From Utricularia gibba (lineage: Eukaryota > Plantae > Magnoliophyta), in contig NEEC01000019.1 of NCBI GenBank assembly GCA_002189035.1, forward strand, positions 682,001 through 746,000: a DNA stretch of 64,000 nucleotides. The letters are read 5' to 3'. Position 1 is the stretch's first letter. Every line of letters begins with the position of its first letter. This document shows, in pieces, positions 1 through 14,533 of the stretch. The position numbers and the translations under genes are program-made. The notes under the pieces were generated by a model that was not told the origin of the DNA, ran no database searches, and saw only the letters and a list, made by a program, of their open reading frames with translations.

Positions 1-373
1 AGGCAACGAGGCCACGTTGGTGGTAATTAATGGGGTTAGTTGGGATTAACTCTTAATTAATCACGCAGCAGTAAACGTCGTCGTCTTCCCACCGGAGGAC
101 TGCCTTGCCCTTGCCTACTGGTGAATAATTGGGTACCTCATTTTCATGCATTTACTTCATTTCACCAGCCTACCTTCCTGCAACGCAACGGATCCCGATT
201 CCCAATCACTGTTGCGTTTTGATGTGCATTCATTGCGCATTTGGCTCCAACTTGAAAAGATTCTATCAAAAATTGATGATCTTTTCTTTTTTTCTGGTGC
301 GAACGGAGATTGGGATGCACGCCTCTATCTATATAATGGGGGTCTGGTGGATCGCAGGACGCACTCGAGTTTA

Positions 374-818
374 ATGGCTGCGGGTTCAAAGGTTTTGCTT
401 TTGTCGCTTATCGCGGCGGCGCTGTTTTCCGGTCATGGGGTGACGGCGGGGGTTACCTGCGACGTGGTGATCTCCGGATAGCGAGATGCATCCCCTACGC
501 TTCCAACCCGAGTAACTCATCTCCCACGGTGGACTGCTGCAAGGGGTAAGGAATCTGAACTCCATCGCCAAGACTACCACCGACCGTCAGAGCGTTTGCA
601 AATGCCTCAAAAGCCTCGCCTCCGTCTACCCTCCGAGCACCGCCATCAGAGCCGCCACGATTCCCGGGAAATGCGGCCTTTCCATTCCATACAAGTTTGA
701 TGCCAGCATCAACTGTGCCACGTAAAATGCTCTGAATTCTAAGATCTGACAATGTTGCTGATTTGTAACATCGCACCATTTTACAGCTTGATTTGTTTGA
801 ATTTTCAGGGTGCGGTAA
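374..818 (+). CDS. LTP: Type I non-specific lipid transfer protein (2 exons; two apparent 1-nt deletions)
   Basis: Signal peptide MAAGSKVLLLSLIAAALFSGHGVTA. Restoring one A at ~478 and one G in the run at 543-546 gives the full 8-Cys motif VTC..ARC..DCC..VCKC..GKC..INC. GT-AG intron 722-808 and tiny terminal exon (T-V-R-stop), typical of type I LTPs. TATA (ctatatataa) near 329. Confidence 0.9.
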
Positions 819-1656
819 ATGCTCGGTGGCATGGCGATGGTGCCTGCAGGAGAAGAAGACACCGCTATTAAAATAAACCTCTGTCTTCTTTCATGTGGAT
901 GGATGTCTGTCTGAGTACAGAGAGGGATCTCTTCTCTTGCAGTCATGTAACCCTGTTCTTTTTCAGAAGTCATCACTTTCACCTTGAAATTTGGAGACCC
1001 AACAGCTCCAGAGAATGCATAACCTCCCAAATAAGAAACGCAAAACACTTCTCAACAATTCATAATCTTGGTCAGTTTATATCTCATAAACCAGTTGCCT
1101 TTACCATCAAACAGAGGCACTGCAAATCTCCTCTTCTAGAAGTGGAAATCAACTGATGTTTTAGATTCTTCTCTTCACAATTTTAGGAACTTTCTAGAAT
1201 ACATTCATTGCCACTTTGGACATGAAATTCTGTGCTGCTTCAATCCAATCAATTCACTCTTCCTTCTAGAAACGTGTCACCTGCATGCACATTCACCGTC
1301 CACATCTATGCAGGTCATGGCCCTGTGGATGAGATTCTCGTTCACCCATGTGCAGGATACGGGAATCATTTCATCGTATCCAGGCCGGGTCGAACCGGAT
1401 CTCTAGGTCGAGAAAACCCCGAACCGAGGGACCGGTTCACTACTTCGGTTCGCGGGGTTTCCGACCCTTGTGCCGTGTCCACGTATCAGAGTTTGTGTCT
1501 TTCTAAATTACATGCATGATGTGATAAAAAGGGAAAAGCAATGTTACCGCAATGGATGTTTTGGTGGGATGCACCGAAACCCTAAGTGGGAATCTACTCC
1601 CAGTCCATCTCTGGTCCAAAGCCCCAATATAAATAACGTTCTGCACATGCAATTGA

Positions 1657-2406
1657 ATGAGTGGCGAGATGATGTACACTGACAGCCTTCTTGTCCCTTT
1701 AAGCATATTGTTGATGATAGGATACCACGGCCGTGTTTGGTACCGCTTGAAGCACGCGCCGTCGGTCTCCGCCGTCAGCCGGAAAGCCTGGATCCGGGAA
1801 CTCCACCAGGTTGTATCTCAAACACCCAAAACTCCTAACCGTAAAAAAAGTACATTTTTATTGTGATTTTTTTACCAGGTGGAAGCTTGAACTTGTGTTG
1901 TCCAGGGAGATGACAAGAAGGCTATGCTTGTGGTTCAAAGCTTGAGAAACACCCTCATGGGCGCCATCCTGACGGCCTCCGTCACCGGCCTCGCTCTCGC
2001 CTCCCTAGCGGCCATCGCAAACTCCGCCTTCATCGCGAATCGGCAGCTCACATCTTCGCACTTCCGTTTCGACACCGACACTCCGATGATCCTGCTGCTC
2101 AAGTACGCCTCGTCCTCCATGTTCTTGGTAGCCAGCTTCACTTGCAGCTCCCTGGGCGTGGGGTTCTTGGTGGATGCCAATTTCGTAATCAACGCCACCG
2201 GAGAACATTCCGGGTTCGGGTACACCGCATCGGTGGTGGATCGGGGCTCCATGTTGGCGATGGCGGGGAATCGGTTTTTGTGCATGGCGTTTCCGATGTT
2301 GCTGTGGCTGCTTGGGCCTCTGCCGGTGGTTGTGTCTTCAATGGCTCTTGTTTGGGTGCTCTATAGGCTTGATTTTGTGGAACCCTTCCCTAGACCCTTG
2401 GCATAG
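1657..2406 (+). CDS. DUF599 family membrane protein (2 exons)
   Basis: Exon 1 1657-1809 (LLVPLSILLMIGYH..RKAWIRELHQ), GT-AG intron 1810-1905, exon 2 in frame GDDKKAMLVVQSLRNTLMG..LLKY..GNR..FPMLLWLLGP. Matches plant DUF599 motifs as recalled. Confidence 0.88.
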
Positions 2407-3398
2407 TTACAAGGAATTGTGTGATTAATTTTGATACCTGTAAAAAATATTTTAATAGATCGAAGTAATGAGATAGGTAAATGATAACTGATATTTCAAA
2501 TAATAATAACAATAAATTATAATAATTTGTATCTTTATTTTTTATCAATATATTTTTTTATTTTTTGAAAAAATATCAATGTTCATTACTTTTGTATGAT
2601 ATTGTATATTTTAAAAACATAAATTTTATGATTTATGTTTTTTATTTCAAAAAAAAATTGATATAAAATTAAAATAATTATTCTATTTAATTATATTTAC
2701 TTTCATATATAATCATATCAATATTAGGTAATGAATCTTATATTTTATACTCTTTGGTCACTCAATGTCTTCTTTGAGTACATTTTCCATAGTCGTCAAT
2801 GATCTATGCTCTATTTCATGATATTATTTGATTTGATCATTTAACTTTCACATTATTTTTTCTATGTTGGGGGGTTAGAATAATCCCTCCATTTAATCAT
2901 ATTTCCTATTTCATTTGTAATCGATATAAGATATCGAAATTAAATCTCATGCTATATACTCTCCCCCATTTTAGTCATGCAGCATTTATGTTGCATGCAT
3001 ATCCCATCATTATCCCATATATGAATTTGATTTTGATATCAAATATTATATTACATATGTATTATTTGCTTAGAATATCCAAATCTCGTATTTCACATTC
3101 TATTCTTTTGAATAAATTGACTCATTTGAGATTGGTTACTCTATTTAAGCACATTCCTATCCCATACTATTTGAGGGATATCTACGTAGTGTTTGAACGA
3201 GGCCTTACACTTGTGACGAAGCTTGAGCACTGGAAGAGCCTCATCAGCGGGTGCTGTTGTGTAGAATTGGGTAAGGTTTTTAAACTAGTGTAAAGGTCCT
3301 GCACCCGTGGACCATCCCTTGGGTGATGGTCCCAAACTCCATCAATTTCAACACCGCACCGTGTGAGAGTTACACTGCCTCAATAACTCTGCTAGGAT

Positions 3399-4230
3399 GA
3401 GGGTTGTGTATCGAGTTTCAGGTAACCGAAAACCGAACCACTTTTTTGTATTCGGTTATCGGTTCGATTTTTTTGGTTTTCATGGGGTTCACAAATTTTA
3501 CAAAATCTTGGTTTTCGGTTTGGTTCAATTTGCTGGAATAATGTGTATTGGAGAAGAGAGTCTCTATCCCACATTACTTCATTTTGTCTCGAGCCTATTA
3601 GGGTTTACGGTTCACGATTCGATTGATTTCTAAGACCGAGAAAGTAGTTTTCAAAAAATCTCTTGAATTCTGAGATTATGTGTATTAGGTTTTTAAAGTA
3701 GTTCATTTTGATTCGATTGATTTTAAGCCTATTGGAGAAAGTAGTTTTCTAATATTCGAGCCTATTAGGGTTTGCTGGAATAATGTGTATTAGGTTTTTT
3801 CTTTTTCTTTTGTGTTCGATTTCCAACACGGTTTTCAGTTTCCAATATTCATTTTAAATCAAAAAAATTGAATTTTTTAAAATATTTCTTTAATATTAAT
3901 TAAGTCCTATACTAAAATAAAAAAACACAACCCAAGTGCAATGTGAAGCAATATTTATTAGGTCATGGCTCCATTAAGGTTATTATTTTCACAAACCATT
4001 CTTACTTCTCCTTTTGTTAGACTGCAAAAAATTGAGGAGGGGATTAGAAGAGTTGGTCATTGGATTTAATTTAGTTTTTTGCGAACCGAACCGACCTTTT
4101 CATCAGTCTGGTTTGATTTGGTTTAAGAAATATCGATTTTGATTCAATTCTTGAAAATATAAGATTTTCGATTTCAATTTTTTCGATTACGGTTTGATTC
4201 AATTCGGTTAAAATCGAATGCACAACCCTA
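3399..4230. mobile_element. Non-autonomous hAT-like MITE with AACCG/CGGTT-rich subterminal repeats
   Basis: Left end (g)agggttgtgtatcg; right end reverse complement tagggttgtgcattcg. 8-bp flanks gctaggat / cctcggat match 6/8 (degenerate TSD). Many aaccg/cggtt motifs near both ends. Confidence 0.6.
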
Positions 4231-4796
4231 CCTCGGATGGCTCCCAGGTCACCTTCTCACTTGTGTCACGCGGCCACGTTGCCCAATTATAACTATAAAT
4301 TTTAAGTCATATGTATCTTATATAAACTTTTAAAGTATTTAATGTTCTAAGGATTCACTCATGCTATCTTAAACTATCAAACATATTGATTCATCGCATG
4401 CATATGCATTGATAGGTCATAAATGACATACTTTCTAGTAGTTCATAAGATGAATATTCAACTTGTTTTAATCATTTGTCAATACTAAGATTCCAAATAA
4501 CCCAAATTGCACTTTTATTTGATTATACTAATATCGTTTCATGACCACTTCTAGATCTCAAATCATATATATATGATGTTTCGGTTCTTCGGATTCTATA
4601 TTTTGCGACTTGCGTTTTAATGTTTCCAGACAATATAGCCAAACATTTTGGTAAGAAGAAATATGATTGCAAGATTTCGAACAAAACAAATGATGAACAC
4701 TCAATAATCTATTTGTCTAAGTCTTTATGAAGGTATACGGAATTACTCTCGTAAACCCAATTCACGCACATGTTTTTCGTTTGGCCTATCAAGATC

Positions 4797-5916
4797 TTAA
4801 TTCCACCACTGTGCACCAAGCTCATATTCAGGAGTTATAAGATAATCCTCAAAGGGAAAGCCGTTGGGATCATCCTGTTCGCTTCTCGGGTCGCCGATTT
4901 CGTTGTAAAATGGAGTGTTTTCCAGCGTGTGGAAGGTCAATCGGAATGAAGGCCCCTCTGCCGGCGCGACGGCGGTCTTACAGGTGTGTCGTGCGATGTA
5001 GGTTGTTCTGTAAATGGGGGGATACTCTTGTGTCATTTGCACTTGCTTTAAAGCCCCACACTTCTGATCGAACTTGTGGCTGCATCTGAAGTAACACCTG
5101 CATCCAATTTCAGTGTAAAAGTTAGGCTAAAATGCATGCAGTTCTGCCCGTAGAGGCAACATGTCGTATAACGCATCCGATCGGACACGTTTGGAGTGTC
5201 GGATTAACCTCGGATATCTCTCGTTGCTGATCTTTTTCTGACCGTACTTCCTCCACTCGTATCCGTCATGTACTCCCTCGTTCTCCACCACCCAGCTTTC
5301 GCAAGTGCTTCTGCAGAAAAAAGAGATTGTAATTTCTTTATGATTGATTGAGAAAAATATTGTTTATATTACAAAAATGGTCACTATATTTTATGTGTGT
5401 TAAAAAATTGGTCATTCTATATATAAAAATTTGTTTTTTAATATGTAATAGAAAAAGATGAAATGATTATTTTTAAAATACTCCAAAATATGTGACATAT
5501 GTGTGAAAAGATGAAAGGTAGGGTTGCAGATCAACTAATGCCACTTAACAAAGTTTTTTTCAATTCAACATAAGACCATGTAACGTTCGGTACCTTGTTT
5601 TACGGCGGAGGGGGCGATCAGTAACGCCGGCGGCCGAGAGAGTGAAGCCAGGCTCCACCGCCGGGACTCCGGAAATCTCTCCACCGACCGCACCGGGATC
5701 GAGAATCAAAAGCGCCTGCGATAAGGAGTGCGACACTCGGTCAGCTAGGCCCTGCGCTTGGAGTAGAGAATCGGGTCCATGGAGCTGCCCACCGTGGTGC
5801 AGGAACTCAGAGAGTCGCTCCGCCGCGAGTTTGCCTTCTGTCAACACACTGATGAGGCTTTCCCCGCCGTTGGATTCGTCAGAGCTCTGCCCCGGTGCCC
5901 CATAAGAATAAAACAT
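4797..5916 (-). CDS. Group III WRKY transcription factor (WRKY70/WRKY62-like), 3 exons
   Basis: Exon 2 encodes DGYEWRKYGQKKISNERYPR and exon 3 CYFRCSHKFDQKC..YRTTYIARHTC (C-x7-C-x23-H-x-C finger), with the R-type intron inside the domain. Exon 1 ends at a GT donor at 5593. Start uncertain: 5916, or the ATG near 5903 if one G is missing. Confidence 0.9.
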
Positions 5917-6141
5917 GATTCCAACTGAATCTCGGGGTCCTCAAGGTCTCAACAATGCTTTATATATGGCGTGCAAAGAGAAGAGCTTTCCTGGAAACTC
6001 AGGGGAAACTGCAGAGGATATTCTTGGAAACAGGGGAGTTACGGTTTAGTTCCAAACTCCCCTGTTTTCTCACACTTTTTCTCATTACTCGTGTTTGATT
6101 TACAGCATGTATGTAGTACATAATTTTGTATAGTGCATCAC

Positions 6142-7914
6142 TCATAGCTCATCCCTGTGTAGCACTGTCTGTAGACTCTGTTTTCTGTTGCAGCCCCATC
6201 TGCAGTTCCATGAACACCCTGAGTTGAATGTGTTCAGCCTGGTGGATTGAAGGGATATGATGCTTGAAGTCGAAGGGGAGTTGGAGAGGACGACTGCATA
6301 TCCATCGTCCATGTACTCTGTTCCTTCAGGAAACAGTTGCCACAGAAGGCAGCCTGCTCCACTCCCTCCTCTGCTAGTGGAATTCAGTATCATGCTGTAC
6401 ACTGCAGTCACCACCCTGTCGCGGCATGTTGTGTTGTATCCGGGGTCCTTTGCAGATACCCCGAACTCCGAGAACACCACCGGCATTCCCAGATTGTGTT
6501 CCGCATCCTCTATGTGGGATTGCATCCATGTCTTTGTGAAGCTTATTTGTGCGTCAGTAATGGAAGATGGCAGCCTTCATCCATCGGAAATGCAACAGTT
6601 AGAGTTCATATGGGGTGCTTTTTATGTATGGAGATGCTTACCATGAATCGGGGTACATGTGTACCGATGCGAAGTCGACACCGGGAGCTTGATGGTTGCG
6701 GATGAAGTCTGTTCCGGCTTGTTGACAGGTCGCATCCGGATTGAGTTGAACTCGCTGGGGAGTGGAAGGACCGTAGAATCCTTCAAGGCCAATCTCAAGT
6801 AAATGCTTCGGATCAATGCTTTTCACATACTCCGCCATCTCTTCAATCCAGCTCTGCAAGGAGGAAAAGGTGCTAGTGTTGTTAAAATACATGGCTTCTT
6901 GCAGGAGTTAAAGAGGGATGTCTACGAACATGTAGCTTGTCCCCTGACGGGTCTGATTCACACCGAGGCTCGTTCATCAGCTCCCAAGCGAGAATGGTGG
7001 GATCGTATTTGTAGGCTATGTTGGTGATTGAGTTCACCCTGTTCAGCAATGTCTGAACCAGATCCATGGTGAGAAGACATAGCAGAATCACTTCAAATAG
7101 AGGTGGAAAAAGTAGTTCCCGAGGAGATTTACATTGATATGTGCCTTGTAATAGGACTTGATGGTTTCGTGAGAGAAGAAATCATCATTGGAAGTTAGAT
7201 TGAGGCCAGCTTCTTTACCCCATTTCACATACTGAGCTTTCCCTCCGTAATCTTCCCAGTTGTTTACCATTGAGAGTATCAGTCTTATTCTGTACTTCCT
7301 TGCTTCACTCACCACGAAATCCAACCCCTGAAAGCCATCCAAAATCGTAAAGAAAAAGCAGTCTCTCCAGTGCTCTCCATTACCATCGTTGCTGGGGTAT
7401 GAGGGAGGGGATTAGTACCTTGAAGACTTGTTCATCATAAACAGAGGGTGACCTTTGCAATGCTCTCCATTGGCCATCGTTAAATGCCCATGTTCTGCAA
7501 ACCGATAAGCCGACAGTTGATGCTTCCTGAAACAAGTGACTGACTTTCCCCTTTGTTGATTCATCTGTACCAAAAACCATCAGCCAGTATGTGTTGAATC
7601 CATTGAAATAGAAGGGCTTCCCATCCACAATGAACTGTTTCCCTCGTGTCTTCACAAAGCTCCATGTATCTTGGTGCAGTTCCTCATCATCATCCTGATG
7701 TCTGCATATTGCCAGAAAAGAAGAGGCTATTGAGATGGCAAACAGAAGTTGTAGGAAACGCATTTCACCTCTCGTACACTTCATGAGATGACAAATGTAG
7801 CTCTATGCTCTCCTCGTTCTTGTGCTGCTCATCTTCTTCAACACTGGAGGCACATAAGAGAAAGGGAAGAATTATGCAGGCAATTGCCAAACCTTTGAAG
7901 CAAAATGCTTTCAT
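6142..7914 (-). CDS. MAN: Mannan endo-1,4-beta-mannosidase (GH5 subfamily 7, MAN6-like), 6 exons
   Basis: Signal peptide [22 protein letters not shown] from 7914; 67-nt intron 7768-7702. Motifs [28 protein letters not shown] (acid/base Glu), VFSEFG (nucleophile Glu). C-terminus [15 protein letters not shown]. Confidence 0.95.
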
Positions 7915-8894
7915 GTTGTTTGCAGGACACTGTATTGGTGAACTACAGAATTGTAGGTATATATGAGCACTTTCTTGAACTGATAGGGAGCCATGGTGGA
8001 GAGCATGTGTGCCTTCAAAGCGAAGATGCAAATTCTTCTCCATAAATTATGGCACACAACATCAACCATTTCTTGAAGTCTCTAAAACATCGAATTCATA
8101 ATCTTCTCATTCCTCTATGAACTCCCCACATGGTAACAGGTCCATTAGCTCAAATTTTATTGCAAATGAACCCATGAACCGAAAATGGAAGTGTAACACT
8201 CTAACAAGTTCGATCTAATATCTACTCCTCCCGGAACCATGGCAGTGCAGATAGTCGAATTAAAGATAATTCTGGAGGATGCTCTTATGAGGCTTCCTGA
8301 GACAAGAGGGTGGACCTGAGTTTGTGAAGCAGGAATGAAGCACAACAACTCCCAGATTCTTGATTCTGAATCCACTGCTTGCGTTGCTGTTGGGAGAGAG
8401 GAATCATCTTCAATCTTCATGAACCAGAAGAGCGCTGAATCAACTGATGAATAGAAGACCCACACCATCAATCCATACGCCAGCAGACAGAAGTTCTGTT
8501 CCAACAACTAAACCGACACTGCATGATAGTGCAAAATCTGTCTCATGTAATAACCACATTCTTGTTTTATCCATTCAAGAAATACCAACTTCTTGTATGT
8601 GTTTTTTCATGGAAAAATTGAATCTTTTTTTTTTCAATGGCATGGGAAATCTGAATCTAAAAGTATGTTATATGAAATAAAAGTGAGTTGATTTTCTTTA
8701 AATAGTTTGCAACAGTGAATTGTTTTGTAGTTAGAAAGTGTAAATTTGGTAAATTTTTTGGCTTTGAATGAAATTTATAGAAGTATACGCTTTTGATTGG
8801 TGAGGGTGAAGGGGGAGTATTGATCCACATGACCATATCTGCGAGCTCTTCGGCTCTCCTCCGCCACACACAAAATCCGCTCGCCGCCGTTGTG

Positions 8895-10591
<1,697 letters not shown>

Positions 10592-11146
10592 TGCACCCTC
10601 ATGGAGTTTCCAGCGAGCCATCTGTAGAGATCATTACGAGAAAATCCTTTTTTTCCCTCTTTCTTGTTCATGGGGACAGTAACAGCAGAATGTTCCAAGT
10701 GTAACTACAATGGGATGTATCCTAGAAAAAGTTTCTGCCCAACTCAACTTCATCAAGGCATGATCATAAGCGTGGATTCTTTAGTTTCGATAAGGATCAG
10801 ATTAAACTGGAAAAATGATCATTATAACCAAGAATCAATCCAATCAATAATAACAGTAACACAACGGCTTATGAGATCACAAAAACAAAAACCCTATTCC
10901 ATAACCTTGTACATACACTTCTTCCTTCTGTCCTCCCCTGCTCTGACACTCAGACCTGAGTGTTTGTGTGTACATTCCGTCGATGCATTCAAGAAGACAG
11001 GGAAGGGGAAATGCAGCAGTTTCAGGTTTCAGGTTTCAGCTTCAACCACCAAATCACTATTCTATATGTTACACAATCACCACTTGAATCAGTGAGGTAA
11101 GGAACAGACAAGATGTCAGCCCTCTCAGCATTTAAAAGACAAGATG

Positions 11147-13684
11147 TCAACGTCCTGTTTTAGCACGCTTCATTCCGCTTGAATTGAAAGGCGACCCACT
11201 TCCACTTGGTCCAGGACTCTCCTCTCTGAAACTTGAGTTTAAGATGGCTAGCTCACGGAGTTGCTGTCTTTTTATGTAATCCTGAGACTCATCCTGCAAA
11301 ACCGAGGTTACAGGAGTGTTGCATTGCACTTTGCGCATGAATGGTGTGTAGGGGTCAAATGTAAAAACATGACTGATGCATCACACGACGCCAAACACAT
11401 CAATTTACTTGCTTTCTTGAATTCAAAACAAGGGGCGTTGAGTTTAGCTTTTTTCCATGACAATTGACTAAATACATACCACTGGCTTCAGCAGTTCCTC
11501 AATTATATCATGTGCTTGCCTCAGTTTGATGTCAATGATGCTTGCTGGTAGATCAGCTTCGATAAGAATGTGAAGCGGCTCGTTCAGGTGCTCATACCCT
11601 GGACGGCCTCGTAGTTTTTCTTCCTGAAAGTGTACGTGCCATAGAAGGTCAGCTACCACTCTTGAAAAGGAATCCAGTGAAAAGCACGTAAATCACCTTG
11701 TCAGGATCCTTTATGGAACCCTTCCCTCTGATATAAACTCTACAGCCAGTAGAGGCTTCAACTCGTTTCAGTGAATTTCCCCGAGGGCCCAAAAGACGTC
11801 CCACAAAATTGAACTAGAAGGCACAAACGGGTTTGAGCAGCATTTAAAGAAATAAACCACCAGATCTAACAAGTTGAAGAATAAAGCAAAAAATTACATT
11901 AGGATAGATGTCCACCGGAATTTCTAACCGCAAAACCTTTTTTGCCGTGTATGAACTGGGACTCGCTGGTGCCCCTTGCCAGTCCATCATCATTCCAGGC
12001 GGTGTACTGAATCTCTACAAATTCAGTCAAGAAATTGGAAAAAAATTACATTTGAAAGAAACATACGCAAATCAAAGGACATATGTTGACAAACACAAGT
12101 AGTGTTCAGGAGTAAACAGCAGTCAATTTTTCTGCGTCAGTTCTGGAAACCATTACTCATCATGGAAATCAAGATGTGCACATTCAAACATGTACATCAT
12201 GAGTCAAGCTAAAGCAGCTAAATTCTGTATCTGTGAAAATTAAGTATTTCAAGTTGCCAAATCCAAGATATTTTCATGCGACACTAAAGAACAATTGGGA
12301 AGATTTTTCTTATAGAAACAAGCTTGTATGATAAGACAAAAAAACTATCTTCCAACACTACATTGCAGAATGTCACAGACAACTGCCTTGCCCCAAATGA
12401 CACGGTTTGTAAGAAACAACTGACCATCTACAAACAATAAAAGCAAGGAAGCATCCAACATATCTGAAGGAACGAATGTGAAACTCAAAATTTTTTTCTA
12501 TTCAATAAATTTTCATGAAACATCAGAAACGAATCCTAAAAAACACCATGACCTTCCCCAGATGCACATGGATTTTGGATTTGATTTTTAGACTTTGAGG
12601 CGAATCTGAATATCATAAAAAACTAGTGCAACATTTGAAATTTCTGTTAGCTTTCGGGAACCGACAAAAGCATGATGAAAAGACTGAACTCTATGAAATA
12701 ACGCCCACGGTTGCCAAAGAAAAAATCACCTCCTGTGGAAGACCATTCCAACTTCCCAATCCTATCCCGCCAGAACTTGATAACAAGTTCGGTGATGCCA
12801 TAGGACTCGGACTTCTATGCCTTAGTCTCTCAAATTCACTGAAGCTTTGATTCGGCGTCATTCCAGTAAGCTTAAAAATCTCTGAACAGATAAGATCGTA
12901 AGGAATACAGATATCAAACCAGATTCAACTAAAGAATGTATATTCAAGAAGCGGCAAATTAGTACACGCCACAAGAAAAGGTGAATTATAAATAGAAGAA
13001 AGAAGTGCTGCCATTAATATAATATCAGACATACACAGAACAAGTTAACTTCTGCATTGATAATTTGATATCAAGAAACTTTAAAGAAGCCTGAGAAACC
13101 GGATATCCAATTCTCCAACAATCTCCGAATACAAAAAGTTCCATAGAATTTTAACACACTTTTTCCCATTTAACTAAGCACACAACAGATCGTGAAATCA
13201 ATCTGTAAGGAAAAAAAACTGTAGATGAAGTGTCCACTATTTAAAGAGCGAACTGATTGCGTTCTATTATTAAATCACAAAAAATTCGTTGAACCCACAA
13301 AGGAAAATCGATTGCAGGAAGAGCCCTCATGCCTGAGAGAAATACCATCCAGTATTCCAAATTGTAGCAACTTTAAAATAGAGAAGGGTAAAACGCGAAC
13401 CTTGACTCAGCAGTCTGCTACAGATTGGAAGAACTTGCATGAAAGGAGCAAGCTTTTGCTGCTCCGCCAGCAGCTCCGACAAGTACTGATTACTGAAATT
13501 CGCCCCGAAATAAAAGCACAGCATAAACAGAGAAAACCGCATACAGATCAAACTCCAAACTGTACGAAAAAGCAATATATGTATGATCTAACCAACTCAT
13601 GTACCTGTCGACTTCTGGGGAACTTCTAATCTGCGGAGAAGCCACTCTCGCCGGCGAAAAATTCGGGTTGTACAGGCCGGACAT
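11147..13684 (-). CDS. QUAKING-like STAR/KH-domain RNA-binding protein (SPIN1-like)
   Basis: Start [21 protein letters not shown] at 13684; QUA1 [27 protein letters not shown]; [22 protein letters not shown]; QUA2 [19 protein letters not shown]; ends KRAKTGR. Confidence 0.94.
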
Positions 13685-14533
13685 ATTTTGCTCATGGGAA
13701 AAAAACCTTCTCAGATTTGATGTAGGGTTTAACAGCGGCAGCCCAACTGCACAGTGCCAGCGCAAAGCGAGATACAAGGGCAACAAAAAAAAGGGTCACG
13801 AGGAAATCGAAATATAGAAAAAAATTAAACGAGGAGGAATTAAGGTCTGCTCTCTCTCAGACAAAGTCTGGATTTTTGTGAAGCGAATCAAGTGGGAGTT
13901 TGAAAAATATCTACCCATTCAAGAAAACGCGGTTTTTCCTCCGGCCCACATCGATCTACGTACACGAATTAGTGTACACGAAACTTCACGGACTCTCATG
14001 TACGTCGGTTCCATGTGAAAATCAGGAAATGGAATTGCTCACAGGTGTCATTCTCGTTGGTCTAATTTGAAGCCTCCTACCGGCCGGCACTTGTCGCTCA
14101 TGCAAGGCCAGATGAGGCGGCAGTGAAGCCCCATTGGCCATCGGAGATGGAGCCCAGTTTCTTGGGAACCTCAATTTCTTTTTCCATATTTTCTTTTTTT
14201 CACATTTTTGTTCTCGCGGCTCGCACCCATTTCCGTTTCATTTTCCTCCCGGTGGGCGGCGAGGAGGGATCGGGGAAGAAGAAGGAGAAAGTTCTCAATT
14301 TGATCGATCATGCACCAAATGAGCAGAAATTCTGCAGTTCTTCAAATTCCACGACTTCCAGTCATATACGAGATAAGGAGGACAACAAAAACCCAATATA
14401 AAGAAAACCGTTTCCTATTTAACTTTAATTAAATATATTATACAAATGGGTGGGATACTTGATTTCAGTCATTATACATAATTTAATCATTAAATTTCAA
14501 AATTATCTCATAAACTCCTTAATTTACATTTTA

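Noticed and set aside
374-818. Calling LTP, LAMP1, PILS6, STT3A and DREB pseudogenes
   Set aside because: Lesions are isolated small deletions, mostly in homopolymers, with otherwise conserved proteins and splice sites; assembly error is more parsimonious.
3190-3398. Possible solo-LTR fragment with a small palindrome (ggaccatc..gatggtcc)
   Set aside because: No TG..CA boundaries with TSD, PBS or PPT could be defined.
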